Source: Alphaproteobacteria bacterium (lineage in GTDB: Bacteria > Pseudomonadota > Alphaproteobacteria > SP197). From it: a stretch of DNA of 64,000 bases. The stretch lies in NCBI GenBank assembly GCA_964291265.2, contig OZ219747.1, forward strand, positions 3,808,001 to 3,872,000. Reading direction: 5' to 3'. Both the position numbers and the translations under genes were made by a program. The notes under the pieces were generated by a model. The model saw nothing but the letters and a program-made list of their open reading frames with translations. It searched no databases and was not told where the DNA came from. The stretch's first letter is position 1. Each line of letters begins with the position of its first letter. Below are positions 14,960 through 24,734 of the stretch, piece after piece.

Positions 14960-15300
14960 ATTGGTCTTGCGTTGACGTTGACGTTGTGACGATGTCGTTT
15001 CGGTCGGCGTTTGTGGAACGTGATGTGGGAGGGGAGCTTCAGGCTTTTGCGCGGGGTCTTGTTCTGGCGTTCTCCGGCCTCGTCGTGGTTCGTCGGGCGG
15101 GACGATCTTGAGGCTGGAGAGCTGACGGTTTCTGTTGCGCTGGGCGAAGAGGCTGTGTGCGTTGCGGTTGCGGCGGCGCAGGGTGCGGCAGGCGTTGAGT
15201 GTTTTCGGGCGGATGCTGCGACCTGTGAGTCAGTCCGGCGGCGGATCGGGCGTCGCTGCGGCTCAGAGGCTGCGGCAGTCTCGTGATGCGGTGTCGTTTG
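14960..15300 (-). pseudogene. Decayed, internally deleted duplicate of the TOPRIM gene 3' half
   Basis: Aligns by eye to about 15740-15890 and 16135-16330; two Trp codons converted to TGA. Confidence 0.75.
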
Positions 15301-15401
15301 GACGGCCCGGGAGTTTCCCGGGGAGGCTGAGAGGCGCGTCGGGGTGAGACGTTCTCATTCCTGGATGGTAACGCGTGACCGCGTTCAAGGGTCTTGCGGG
15401 A

Positions 15402-15722
15402 TCACGTATCCCTTCCGTAGCCGCGTGGCGGTTCGATGTCCTCGAGGGCCTCGATGTCGGCATCGGCGACGCTCTGCAGGCGTTCTCCGTAAGGCGTGTC
15501 ACGGAGGCTTTCGGGGATGCTGTCGAGGTGGTCACGCCATTCGTCCTGCAGGGAGCGCAGTTCGGCCACGGCGTCGTTCCAGCGTTGCGGTCGCGAGCGC
15601 CGGTCACGGTGCTTTGGGGTGTGGACGGGAGGGATGCCGGCCTTGCGCCGTTCCCGGTATCGCCGCTGCTTTTCGGCGGGCGTGAGGGGCATGAGTGGTC
15701 TCCTTGTGACGGACGTGGTCAT
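15402..15722 (-). CDS. Small conserved hypothetical protein of mobile elements
   Basis: ATGA overlap with the TOPRIM gene stop; LTPAEKQRRYRER..RSRPQRWNDAVAEL..IEPPRGYGRD. Confidence 0.75.
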   Translation of the reverse strand: MTTSVTRRPLMPLTPAEKQRRYRERRKAGIPPVHTPKHRDRRSRPQRWNDAVAELRSLQDEWRDHLDSIPESLRDTPYGERLQSVADADIEALEDIEPPRGYGRDT

Positions 15723-16612
15723 GATCTCGCTTGTGGTTCTTTGGTCCTGGCGTTGACGACGTCGTTCCAGTCGGCGTTTTCCGGCGGTCTGCGTCTGTGG
15801 AACGAGACGTGGGAGGGGAGCTTCATCTTTTTGCGCAGGGTTTCGGCCTGTCGCTCTCCGGCCTCGTCGTGGTCCTGGGCGAGGACGATGGTCCTGACGT
15901 TGGGCAGGCTGCTTGCGGCGAGGCTGATCTGTTCGTGCTGTCTTCGCGAGGGTGCCCCGGCGGTGGAGAGGAAGGCGTGGCTGGGGGGACATTGGTCGAT
16001 CTGGGCCAGGCTGAGGGCGTCGACGGCGCTTTCGGTGATGACGAGGGCCTCGAGGTCCGCGGCGGTTCCGGCGCGGACGGCGAACAGGCTTCGGGTTCCA
16101 CCGGTGGCGAAGCGTTTCGGTCCGTCGGGGGGACCGATCTCGAAGCCGGTGAGCTTTCGCTTCCTGTTGCGATGGGCGAAGAGGACGCGTCCGTTGTGGT
16201 CGCGGCGGACCAGGGGGCGGCAGGTGTCGAGGGTCTCCGGGAGGATGCCGCGCCCGGTGAGCCAGTCCGGGGCCGCATCGGGCGTTGCCGCGGCCCAGAG
16301 GCTGCGGAAGTCGCGTGGCGCGGTGTCGGGTGCTGTGAAGCGGGTGCAGATGTCGGCGAAGGCCAGTCCGCGGTTGAGCATGAAGTCGATGACGGTTCCG
16401 TTGTCTTCATCGTTCTGGGTGTTGAAGTAGACCCAGTGTCCGTTGTTGAGGCACTTCGTGACGAGCTTCGGCAGGCCGGGTGCGCACAGGACGGGGTTGG
16501 CGCGTGTCGAGGCCTGTTCGTCGCGGACGTATCCCCAGTCGGCGGCGATGCGTTCGAACGGCATGCGCTTGACGGCGTCGAAGTCGACGCGGCGGGGTTT
16601 ATCGGGTTTCAC
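15719..16612 (-). CDS. DUF3991/TOPRIM-domain primase-like protein
   Basis: GTVIDF, WLTGRGI, LTGFEI, LVITESAVDALS, LAQDHDEAG (DxD), ADWNDVV; GTG start overlapping the istB stop. Confidence 0.8.
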   Translation of the reverse strand: MKPDKPRRVDFDAVKRMPFERIAADWGYVRDEQASTRANPVLCAPGLPKLVTKCLNNGHWVYFNTQNDEDNGTVIDFMLNRGLAFADICTRFTAPDTAPRDFRSLWAAATPDAAPDWLTGRGILPETLDTCRPLVRRDHNGRVLFAHRNRKRKLTGFEIGPPDGPKRFATGGTRSLFAVRAGTAADLEALVITESAVDALSLAQIDQCPPSHAFLSTAGAPSRRQHEQISLAASSLPNVRTIVLAQDHDEAGERQAETLRKKMKLPSHVSFHRRRPPENADWNDVVNARTKEPQARS

Positions 16613-17300
16613 GCCTGAGCCGCCAGGAGTCGCTGTCGATGGAGATGAGGGTTGCGTCGTGCATGAGCCGGTCGACGGTGCCGGCGATGCCGGAGGCGCT
16701 GGGGAAGACGCGGTCCCACTGGGCGAAGGCGAGGCTTGTCGTGACCATGGTCGAGCGGCGCTGATAGCGCCGCGAGACGATGGCGTAGAGGATGTCGGCA
16801 TGGTGGCTTTCGAGGGTCACGTAGCCGATTTCGTCGAGGATGAGCAGGCGGGGCCTGGCGAGGATCGCGAGGCGGCGGCGCAGCTCGCTGCGCGAGACGG
16901 TCTCGGCGAGTGCCTCGAGCAGTTCCGGCGCCTTCTCGAAGCGGACGGTGTGGCCGTGCAGCAGGGCCTGGTGCGCCACGTTGGCGGCGATCATGGTCTT
17001 TCCGGTGCCCTGCCCGCCGACGAGCACGGCGTTGTCCGCACGGTCGACGAAGCCGAGGCCGAGGAGCGCTTCGACATGAGCCCGGCTGATGTCGCGCGGC
17101 CATGTCCAGTCGAAGTCCGCCAGGGGCTTGAAGGCGGGCAGCCGCGCCGCGGCGCGGCGGCGCTCGTGGCTGCGGGCCCTGCGGGCCTGTTCCTCGCCGC
17201 TGACCACCTCCTCGATCCATGCGGTCCCGGCGACCTCGTCCCAGCGTTCGACGAGCCCGTGGAGGCCGAGCGCCCGGGCACGCTCCCTGAGCTCGCTCAT
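16599..17300 (-). CDS. istB: IS21-family helper ATPase IstB
   Basis: DFDWTWP, GGQGTGKT (Walker A), LLILDEIGY (Walker B), VDRLMHDA. Confidence 0.93.
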   Translation of the reverse strand: MSELRERARALGLHGLVERWDEVAGTAWIEEVVSGEEQARRARSHERRRAAARLPAFKPLADFDWTWPRDISRAHVEALLGLGFVDRADNAVLVGGQGTGKTMIAANVAHQALLHGHTVRFEKAPELLEALAETVSRSELRRRLAILARPRLLILDEIGYVTLESHHADILYAIVSRRYQRRSTMVTTSLAFAQWDRVFPSASGIAGTVDRLMHDATLISIDSDSWRLRRETR

Positions 17301-18790
17301 GTCTTGTTCCTGGCGCTGGCTTCGGGCCTGTCGTAGGCGTCGAGAGCGGTCCCCCGCGGCGTCGTGCCACGGCCGCCGCGGCCGTCGTCGGCGATGCTGA
17401 GGGGCGGCAGGCCCTGCTCCCGGCGGCGCTCCTCGATGATGACGCGCACGGTTTCGGGGTGGCACGAGCCGCGCTCCAGCGCCGTGGCGACAGCCCGGTC
17501 GAGAGCGTCGGCGCCGTGCGCGTTGAGAAGCGTCTCCAGCATCCGGGCGCAGGAGGCCACGTTGCGCCCGTTGGTCCCGGCGCGCGCCAGCATCTCCTCG
17601 GCCCGCGGCACGGTGCGCAGGACCCGGTCGCGGACGCTCATGGAGCGGGCCCGCCGCTTGCCCGCGGCGATCGCCCTGGCATGCTCCGGATCGGTGACGG
17701 CCTGCTTCCTGTCGTAGGAGCGTCGGTGGCGCGCGACCTCGTCGGCGCCGTCGAGGATGCGAACCTCGTCGCGGTCGGCGACCAGCGTCAGCAGGGCCTT
17801 GGAGAAGCTACCCGGAACGCTGTAGTCGTTGGTGTCGAAGCGGGCGTGGCAGGTCTTGTCGATGCGCACCGGGCGGATCTCGTGATGCGGGAAGGGATCG
17901 GCGGGAAGGACGATCAGGTGCTCCCTCTCCCGGGCGAAGGCGTCCCGCACCAGGAGACTGTCGTCGTCCGGCCAGGGCCGCTCCGCGGCGGCGCCGAAGC
18001 ACCACTCCCGAACCGCGGCGTTGAGCTCGCCGAGCGGGACCGTGATGTCGCGCCCGGCGAAGAACCCGGTGCGCGCGAAGCGCACACGGCGTTCCACGCG
18101 GCCCTTCTCCTGCGGGCTCCTGGGCCAGGCGGCGCTCGGTTCGAAGGCATAGTGGGCCGCGAGGCCGAGCAGCATCGGATGATAGGTGACCGCCTTGCCG
18201 CGGCGCGTCACCACGGCACTCTTCAGGTTGTCGTACAGAAGCCTCCGCGGCACACCCCCGAATGCCGCGAAAGCCTCGACATGGCCTTGCAGGAAGCTGG
18301 CCATCCGCGCGTCGTGGAACAGGCTCAGGACAGTCTGGCGCGAGTAGCTGAGGGTGACGAGAAGCCCCATGAGCCTGCGCTCCGCCCGGCCGATGCGGAC
18401 CTTCCCGAACTCGGCCCAGTCAACCTGCGCCTGCTCGCCCGGAAGGAAGCTCAGCCGCAGCGACGGCTCGGGCCTCTTCACCGGCCTCAGCCCGAGGCGG
18501 CGCAGGTCGTGACGGAAGTGATCCTCGCCGCCGCGGTAGCCCAGAGCCACGACCTGTCGCCAGAGCGTGCTGGCCGGAAGGTCCGGCGACGCCTCAAGAC
18601 GCTCCCCGAGGAAGGCAACGAAGGGGTCGATGAGCTTGGCCCGCGGCCGCCGCTCCTGCCCCGACGCCTTGAGCGCCCGCGTCACCGTGCCGTGGTGCAC
18701 GCCGAGATGCCGGGCAATCGTCCCCACAGCCCAGCCCTCGGCCCGCGACAGCCGCACGATCGTCGCCCGCGTGTCCTCGTCGATCGCCAT
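17297..18790 (-). CDS. istA: IS21-family transposase IstA
   Basis: N-terminal HTH, PGEQAQVDW, LLYDNLKSAV, KGRVERRVR (DDE), FDTNDYSVP. Confidence 0.95.
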   Translation of the reverse strand: MAIDEDTRATIVRLSRAEGWAVGTIARHLGVHHGTVTRALKASGQERRPRAKLIDPFVAFLGERLEASPDLPASTLWRQVVALGYRGGEDHFRHDLRRLGLRPVKRPEPSLRLSFLPGEQAQVDWAEFGKVRIGRAERRLMGLLVTLSYSRQTVLSLFHDARMASFLQGHVEAFAAFGGVPRRLLYDNLKSAVVTRRGKAVTYHPMLLGLAAHYAFEPSAAWPRSPQEKGRVERRVRFARTGFFAGRDITVPLGELNAAVREWCFGAAAERPWPDDDSLLVRDAFAREREHLIVLPADPFPHHEIRPVRIDKTCHARFDTNDYSVPGSFSKALLTLVADRDEVRILDGADEVARHRRSYDRKQAVTDPEHARAIAAGKRRARSMSVRDRVLRTVPRAEEMLARAGTNGRNVASCARMLETLLNAHGADALDRAVATALERGSCHPETVRVIIEERRREQGLPPLSIADDGRGGRGTTPRGTALDAYDRPEASARNKT

Positions 18791-18822
18791 GAACTCCCTC
18801 CCTCTGGTTCCTCAACGCCGCA

Positions 18823-19299
18823 TCACGGGTCCCTCAGCACCACATGCGTCACGACCCGTCCGCAACGGGCGCACCGAAGCGGCGATTCGCGTCGCTCTTG
18901 CGCCTTCACAACCGCAGGTAGGGAGGTCGGCAGCAGTCGGGAAGGGTGGTCCGTAACGATTTCTTCGGAACCGGCGTCTCCAGACACCGCCGGAACGTCG
19001 CCAAGCAGCACCACAGCAGACGTCTGCGTGCCCATGATCTCGGCAAGCATCGCCGCCCTGGCCTTCAACGCACGCGCCTCCTCCGCCTTGCGGAGCCGGT
19101 AACGCCGCTGGCGGTGACGGCCCGTCTCACGGCCCCTCAGCGTGCTCTGGTAGCGACGACGCGACGCGCGGCGCCGCTCGATCCGGGACCGCTCCCTGCA
19201 CTCATCGGAGCAATACACATGCCCCCGGTCACACGACCGGCAGAGAACAACCTGCCGCTGACACCGCTTGCAGTTGAACAGTCGTCCCGTCGTGCACAC
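18823..19299 (-). CDS. Cys-rich Zn-finger/Arg-rich accessory protein upstream of istA
   Basis: RLFNCKRC..LCRSCDRGHVYCSDEC..RRYQ..RQRRYR..CARCG; start codon uncertain. Confidence 0.7.
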   Translation of the reverse strand: MCTTGRLFNCKRCQRQVVLCRSCDRGHVYCSDECRERSRIERRRASRRRYQSTLRGRETGRHRQRRYRLRKAEEARALKARAAMLAEIMGTQTSAVVLLGDVPAVSGDAGSEEIVTDHPSRLLPTSLPAVVKAQERRESPLRCARCGRVVTHVVLRDP

Positions 19300-19680
19300 G
19301 ATCCGTCTCGAGAGCGGGGGTGGACCCGGACGCAAAATGGCTCGACAATACACGGGAGTTCGGTCCCCCGTGACCGGCTCGTCCGGGTGCTGCGCCGGGG
19401 GGCGTCGGTAAAACTCTGCCCGGCGCCGCATCGCTCTTTCTTTCGATGCCGATCTAGCATCCACCCGGGGCGGCGGCAAAAACGCCGCCCCGGGACCGGA
19501 CAACGCGACCCAGACCACAGGGAAAACAGACGATCCCGCGAGTGCCTCGGAACCGAAACCCTCCCGGCAACCGTCACCAAGACCGAAGCAGAGGCCGACG
19601 GAACAATCCGAACCGGACCAAAACGACAATAGGAAAACGGGCGGCGCTCGGGGAGACAATCAGCCGAACACTCAAACCAC

Positions 19681-19719
19681 GACAACAGGACGTGACAATA
19701 GGACCTGACAACAGGGAAG
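19681..19719 (+). repeat. Three tandem 13-bp repeats (GACAAYAGGAC..) near the IS21 left end
   Basis: gacaacaggacgt gacaataggacct gacaacagggaag; further partial copy at 19625 and an inverted copy (cctattgt) at 14944. Confidence 0.7.
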
Positions 19720-19878
19720 AAACACGACCCTGACAAAGCGCGGCAAATCGCCGAAATCCCGCCGTTCTATGCAGCCATCAACACCCCGGCGCCACCCCCT
19801 GCCAGGTGAAGGTGGGTGCCCGTGCCGGTCATGGAAGCGCTTAGGGAGAATGCGCCGACGACTTGACCGGGCTCCGGG

Positions 19879-20949
19879 TCAGCCGCACTGGGCCCTGTGG
19901 CGCAGCAGATGGTCGGCAAGAACACAGGCCATCATCGCCTCGCCGACCGGGACGGCCCGGATGCCGACACACGGGTCGTGGCGGCCGGTGACCCGGACGG
20001 TGGTGTCATTCCCCTCCTTCGTGACGGTACGCCGCTCGTGAAAAATCGAACTCGTCGGCTTGACGGCGAAGCGCACGATCAGCTCCTCGCCGGTGGCAAT
20101 GCCTCCGAGAATGCCCCCGGTTCGGTTTGACAGGAACTGCGGGCCGTTCTCATTTGAGCGCATCTCGTCGGCTGCCGTCGTTCCCGGCATGGAGGCCAGG
20201 GCGAATCCATCTCCGATCTCGACACCCTTGACAGCGTTGATGGACATCATGGCCGCGGCCAGGTCGCCGTCGAGCTTGCCATAGACCGGACTTCCCAGGC
20301 CTGCCGGAACGCCAGAGGCACGAATCTCGACAATGGCCCCTGCCGACGAACCCTCCTTGCGGATCCCGTCGATGTGGTCGGCCCAGCGTGACGCCGTGGT
20401 GCTGTCGGGGCACCAGAAGGGATTGCGGCCGGTTTCCTCCCAATCCCAGGCCGACCTGTCAATGGCAAGAGGACCAATCTGGACCACCGCTCCCCGGATG
20501 ACGACCGCCTCCCCCAGCACCTTGCGGGCGACGGCGCCGGCAGCCACGCGCATCGCTGTCTCCCGGGCACTCGCCCTGCCGCTGCCTCGCCAGTCGCGGA
20601 TGCCATACTTCGCGTCATAGGTGTAGTCGGCATGGCCCGGGCGCCAGATCATGGAGATGTCGCCGTAATCGCGGGAACGCTGATCGACGTTCTCCACTGT
20701 CATGGCAAGGGGAGTGCCGGTGGTCATGCCCTCGAACCAGCCCGAGACGATCGACACCCGGTCCGGTTCGCGCCGCTGGGTCGTGTACCGCGATGTTCCG
20801 GGCCGACGGCGATCCATCCAGTGCTGGATCTCGTCCTCGCCGATGGGGATCCGTGGTGGCACGCCATCCACCACGCAACCGATGCGGGGGCCGTGACTTT
20901 CGCCCCAGGTGGTCACCCGGAAGACCTGCCCGAAGCTGTTCGACGCCAT
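19879..20949 (-). CDS. aroC: Chorismate synthase
   Basis: [36 protein letters not shown]. Confidence 0.97.
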   Translation of the reverse strand: MASNSFGQVFRVTTWGESHGPRIGCVVDGVPPRIPIGEDEIQHWMDRRRPGTSRYTTQRREPDRVSIVSGWFEGMTTGTPLAMTVENVDQRSRDYGDISMIWRPGHADYTYDAKYGIRDWRGSGRASARETAMRVAAGAVARKVLGEAVVIRGAVVQIGPLAIDRSAWDWEETGRNPFWCPDSTTASRWADHIDGIRKEGSSAGAIVEIRASGVPAGLGSPVYGKLDGDLAAAMMSINAVKGVEIGDGFALASMPGTTAADEMRSNENGPQFLSNRTGGILGGIATGEELIVRFAVKPTSSIFHERRTVTKEGNDTTVRVTGRHDPCVGIRAVPVGEAMMACVLADHLLRHRAQCG

Positions 20950-20952
20950 GGT

Positions 20953-21768
20953 TCAGCGAACGACGGAAATGTCCGGCGCCTTCGGGTTCTTCATGCCGAC
21001 GACGTGATAGCCGCAGTCGACATGATGAATCTCGCCGGTGACCGCCGTGGAAAGATCGCTGACGAGATAGAGAGCGGCCTTTCCGACCTCGTCGATGCTG
21101 ATGTTCCGGCCGAGCGGCGCATTGAGTTCGTTCCACTTGAGAATGTAGTGGAAATCTCCGATTCCGGAAGCGGCGAGGGTCTTGATGGGGCCGGCGGAAA
21201 TGGCATTCACGCGCACGGCCTGCTCGCCGAAATCGGCAGCAAGGTAGCGCACGCTTGATTCAAGGGCCGCCTTGGCGACACCCATGACATTGTAGTGGGG
21301 CATCCAGCGCTCGGCGCCGTAGTAGGTGAGGGTCACGAGGCTGCCGCCTTGGGGCATCAGATCGGCACTGCGCCGGGCAACGGAGGTAAAGCTGTAGCAG
21401 GACACGTCCATCGTATGCAGGAAGTTGTCACGCGTCGTGTCCGCATACCGTCCCTTGAGCTGTTCGCGGTCCGAGAAGGCAATGGCATGCACCAGAAAGT
21501 CCATCGAGCCCCAGGTTGAGGCGACGCTCTCGAAGGCACTGTCGACGCTGGCGTCGTCCGTGACGTCGCAGTCGATGACAAGGGTTGCGCCAATTGACTC
21601 GGCCAGAGGCTTGACACGCCTGGCAAAGAGGTCGCCCTGATAGGTGAATCCGATTTCCGCGCCTGCTGATGCGAAAGCACGGGAGATCCCCCAGGCAATC
21701 GACCGGTCATTGGCCACACCCATGATGAGGCCACGCTTTCCGGCGAGGAGCGGACCGACGTTGGTCAT
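20953..21768 (-). CDS. fabI: Enoyl-ACP reductase (NADH)
   Basis: GVANDRSIAWGI, YNVMGVAKAALE, ISAGPIKTLAASGI. Confidence 0.97.
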   Translation of the reverse strand: MTNVGPLLAGKRGLIMGVANDRSIAWGISRAFASAGAEIGFTYQGDLFARRVKPLAESIGATLVIDCDVTDDASVDSAFESVASTWGSMDFLVHAIAFSDREQLKGRYADTTRDNFLHTMDVSCYSFTSVARRSADLMPQGGSLVTLTYYGAERWMPHYNVMGVAKAALESSVRYLAADFGEQAVRVNAISAGPIKTLAASGIGDFHYILKWNELNAPLGRNISIDEVGKAALYLVSDLSTAVTGEIHHVDCGYHVVGMKNPKAPDISVVR

Positions 21769-21875
21769 GGCATACCCGGGTTCAGTGTCGACAGGGCAGT
21801 GATCCTACACATTACACGGTGCCCCGGCCATGGACCCGTGGTCCTGGAGGATGCGTGGGAACCAGGCAGGATCGT

Positions 21876-22352
21876 TCAGGTTTCGACGATGACCCATGTA
21901 CCGTCCGGCTGGCGGCAGGCCGTGCCATAGGCCTGATGGGTTTCGCCGCCGATGGTGACAGTGGTCTGGTACTCCCTGCAGTAGTTGCCGTTCTGATCCT
22001 GGCCGTCGCGCCGCGGCATGACGGTGCCGTGATTGCCCGACTCCGGATTGCTCCACGTCACCTGGCTGCCGACGGGCGCCTCGTGTGCCTGCTGCTGGGC
22101 CTGTGCCGCATAGGCCTGATCGGCCCTGTCGAGCGATGCGCCGATCTCGGAGCCGAGCCAGGCACCAACGACACCGCCCACCGCCGTTGCGATGATTCGG
22201 CCGCTGCCGCCGCCCACCTCGGAGCCGAGCACTGCTCCACCAATTCCTCCGAGGATGGTTCCGGCGGTTTCCTTGTCTCCCGCCGTCCGGGAACATGCGG
22301 GCAGGGTGAGGGTTGCGGCGAGCAAGACCACCGCGATCCTGATTGCAGTCAT
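21876..22352 (-). CDS. 17-kDa surface antigen family lipoprotein (glycine zipper; RT0821/Lpp0805-like)
   Basis: Lipobox LPAC, glycine zipper, WSNPESGNHG, CREYQTTVTIGG..YGTACRQPDGTW. Confidence 0.9.
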   Translation of the reverse strand: MTAIRIAVVLLAATLTLPACSRTAGDKETAGTILGGIGGAVLGSEVGGGSGRIIATAVGGVVGAWLGSEIGASLDRADQAYAAQAQQQAHEAPVGSQVTWSNPESGNHGTVMPRRDGQDQNGNYCREYQTTVTIGGETHQAYGTACRQPDGTWVIVET

Positions 22353-22473
22353 GTCATCTTTCCTGGTGATGATTGAACCAAACGGGACACCGGTTGCCAT
22401 CCCGCGACGGATACCGGACCATCTTGTGTGATTTGTCGCCCGAGGTGAAGGGCCAACAGCGATTCTCAGGAAC

Positions 22474-23064
22474 ATGAACGACACCGAATGCCCCTTCTCG
22501 ATCTTCGCGCGCTGGTATGACGCGGCCCGTCAATGCGGCCTGCGGGAGCCCGCCGCGATGGCGCTGGCGACCGCCGATGCCGCCGGTCAGCCCTCGTTGC
22601 GCATGGTTCTGCTGAAGAGTCACGGACCGGACGGGTTTGTCTTCTATACCAACCTGGAGAGCCGCAAGGGTGGCGAACTTGTGACCAACCCGAAGGCCGC
22701 GTTGTGCTTTCACTGGATGCCGCTCGAACGCCAGGTCAGGATCCAGGGCAGGGTCGAAAGGGTGAGCGAAGAAGAAGCGAATGCCTACTTCGCCAGCAGG
22801 CCGAGAGGCAGTCAGATCGGCGCCTGGGCCAGCGACCAGTCGCGCCCCATGAAGGGCGTGCATGATCTGGAGAAGAACGTCGCTCGCATGACGGCAAGAT
22901 TTCATGTCGGTCGCATTCCCCGCCCGGACCACTGGTCAGGGTTTCGCGTCGTGCCCCACCTCATCGAGTTCTGGCAGGCCAAGCCCTTCCGCCTGCACGA
23001 GCGCACCCAGTACACGCGGGTCGACGATGAGGGTGACTGGCAAGCGGAACGACTCTTTCCCTGA
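22474..23064 (+). CDS. pdxH: Pyridoxamine 5'-phosphate oxidase
   Basis: RMVLLK, FYTNLESRKG, RQVRIQG, SRPRGSQIGAWAS, IEFWQ..RLHER. Confidence 0.96.
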   Translation: MNDTECPFSIFARWYDAARQCGLREPAAMALATADAAGQPSLRMVLLKSHGPDGFVFYTNLESRKGGELVTNPKAALCFHWMPLERQVRIQGRVERVSEEEANAYFASRPRGSQIGAWASDQSRPMKGVHDLEKNVARMTARFHVGRIPRPDHWSGFRVVPHLIEFWQAKPFRLHERTQYTRVDDEGDWQAERLFP

Positions 23065-23132
23065 CCGCTTGCGGCGTGGAAGGTCGGAGCTCTCCACGCT
23101 AGACTGGCACGGGGAGGATCCGGAGGGACATC

Positions 23133-23996
23133 ATGTCGATAGCGAAGATTCTGGTTGCGGCGACCGGCACCGAAGACAGCCTTGGCGCTGTCGAGACGGC
23201 GCTCCTTGTGGCCAAACGGTTCGATGCCCACGCCGAGGTCGTCAACGTTCGACGCAATCCGCGCGATGCCGTCGCCTTCATGACCGAAGGCATGACCGGC
23301 GCCGTCATCGAGGAAATCGTCTCCACTGCCGAACAGGACATCGAGCAGCGGGCCGACTTCGCTTCGGCAGCCCTGAAGGACCTCGCGGCAAGGCACGGTA
23401 TCGCGATTTCCACGCGGGCTCCCCGTCATGGGCTTTCCATAACGTTCGCCCAGCAGGAAGGGCGCGAGGACGAGGTCATCGCCGAACGGGGACGGCTGTC
23501 GGACCTGGTGATCGCTCCCCGGCCGACCTCGCATGGTGATGCCAAGGAGGAGGTGGTGGCCGAATCCGTGCTCATGGAGTCGGGTAGCGGCCTGCTCCTG
23601 GTGCCGCCTGGCCATGTCAGCGATCTCAAGGGCAACGCAGCCATTGCATGGAATGGCAGTGCCGAGGCCGCGCGCGCGGTGCACAGGGCCATGGTCCTGC
23701 TCAAGGAGGCCGAGGAGGTCACCATCATGGCGCCCGAGGAAAGCTCGATGCGGGGTCCGGGTCCCGACGCCCTGACGGAGTACCTCGCTCACCATGACAT
23801 CAGGTGCCATGTCCACAACCTGCCGACGAACTGGACCAACATCGGCCACACCCTGCTCGACATCGCCCGCAGCGAGCAGGCCAGTTTCGTGGTCATGGGC
23901 GCCTTCAGCCAGGGCAAGCTGAGGCAGCTCATTCTCGGGGGCGCCACGCGGTTCATTCTCAACCATGCAGATCTGCCGGTGCTGTTCACCCACTGA
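23133..23996 (+). CDS. Universal stress protein (tandem USP)
   Basis: IAWNGSAEAARAV, VMGAFSQGKLRQLILGGATR. Confidence 0.9.
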   Translation: MSIAKILVAATGTEDSLGAVETALLVAKRFDAHAEVVNVRRNPRDAVAFMTEGMTGAVIEEIVSTAEQDIEQRADFASAALKDLAARHGIAISTRAPRHGLSITFAQQEGREDEVIAERGRLSDLVIAPRPTSHGDAKEEVVAESVLMESGSGLLLVPPGHVSDLKGNAAIAWNGSAEAARAVHRAMVLLKEAEEVTIMAPEESSMRGPGPDALTEYLAHHDIRCHVHNLPTNWTNIGHTLLDIARSEQASFVVMGAFSQGKLRQLILGGATRFILNHADLPVLFTH

Positions 23997-24005
23997 GGCC
24001 GTGTC

Positions 24006-24734
24006 GTGAAGACCGTGATCGTCACCGGGGCCAGCCGCGGAATCGGACACCGCACAGTCATCCGGTTCTACGAGGAAGGCTGGCGCGTCCTGAGTTGCTC
24101 TCGTGACGACATTCCGGAAGATCGGCGTGTGGCGGATTCACCACATCACCATTTTCCAGCCGATCTCTCGGACGAGAAGAGCCTCGAGTCCTTCATCACC
24201 CGCGCCAGCCACGTCATTGGTGACGGTCCGGTTCACGCCCTCATCAACAATGCGGGAGTCTCACCGAAGACCAGCTTTGCCGAACGCCTCGGCACCCTCA
24301 ATGGCAGCCTCGACCATTGGCGCGAAGTCTTCGACCTCAATTTCTTCGCCCCGCTCATCCTGGCCCGGGGGTTCGCTGCGGCGCTGCACCGGGGCAAGGG
24401 CACCATCGTCAACGTCACGTCGATCGCCGGTCACCGCATCCACCCGTTCGCAGGCAGTGCCTACTCGTGTTCCAAGGCGGCGCTGTCGGCACTGACGCGG
24501 GAAATGGCCGCGGAATTCGCCCATCTCGATGTCAGGGTCAACGCCGTGTCGCCCGGCGAGATCGAAACGGCCATGGTGTCGGAAGACTATCAGGACCTGG
24601 TGCCGCGAATTCCCCTGGGACGCATGGGAACCGTCGACGAAGTGGCCGGCACGATCGTCTATCTGTGTTCCGCCGATGCCGCCTTCATCACCGGCACGGA
24701 GATCATGGTGACCGGGGGCCAGCACCTCGTGTGA
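24006..24734 (+). CDS. SDR family oxidoreductase
   Basis: TGASRGIG, NNAG, YSCSK, VNAVSPG. Confidence 0.92.
   Translation: MKTVIVTGASRGIGHRTVIRFYEEGWRVLSCSRDDIPEDRRVADSPHHHFPADLSDEKSLESFITRASHVIGDGPVHALINNAGVSPKTSFAERLGTLNGSLDHWREVFDLNFFAPLILARGFAAALHRGKGTIVNVTSIAGHRIHPFAGSAYSCSKAALSALTREMAAEFAHLDVRVNAVSPGEIETAMVSEDYQDLVPRIPLGRMGTVDEVAGTIVYLCSADAAFITGTEIMVTGGQHLV

Larger units (their letters stand above)
14813..19783 (-). mobile_element. IS21-family element with passenger genes (~4.97 kb)
   Basis: Imperfect ~50-bp TIRs starting with TGT and sharing TAGAACGGCGGGAT (14827-14840, inverted at 19756-19769); flanks ACCCGG / CCCCGG fit a 5-6 bp TSD; istA-istB inside. Confidence 0.8.

Noticed and set aside
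14960-16330. Duplicate region as a DGR template/variable repeat pair
   Set aside because: Differences are not confined to adenines, the copy has an internal deletion, and there is no reverse transcriptase in the window
19681-19719. Tandem repeats as a CRISPR array
   Set aside because: 13-bp units with no spacers, and no cas genes in the window
19731-19735. TGACA as the IS21 terminus
   Set aside because: A better in-register inverted repeat and a TSD-like flank place the ends at 14813 and 19783
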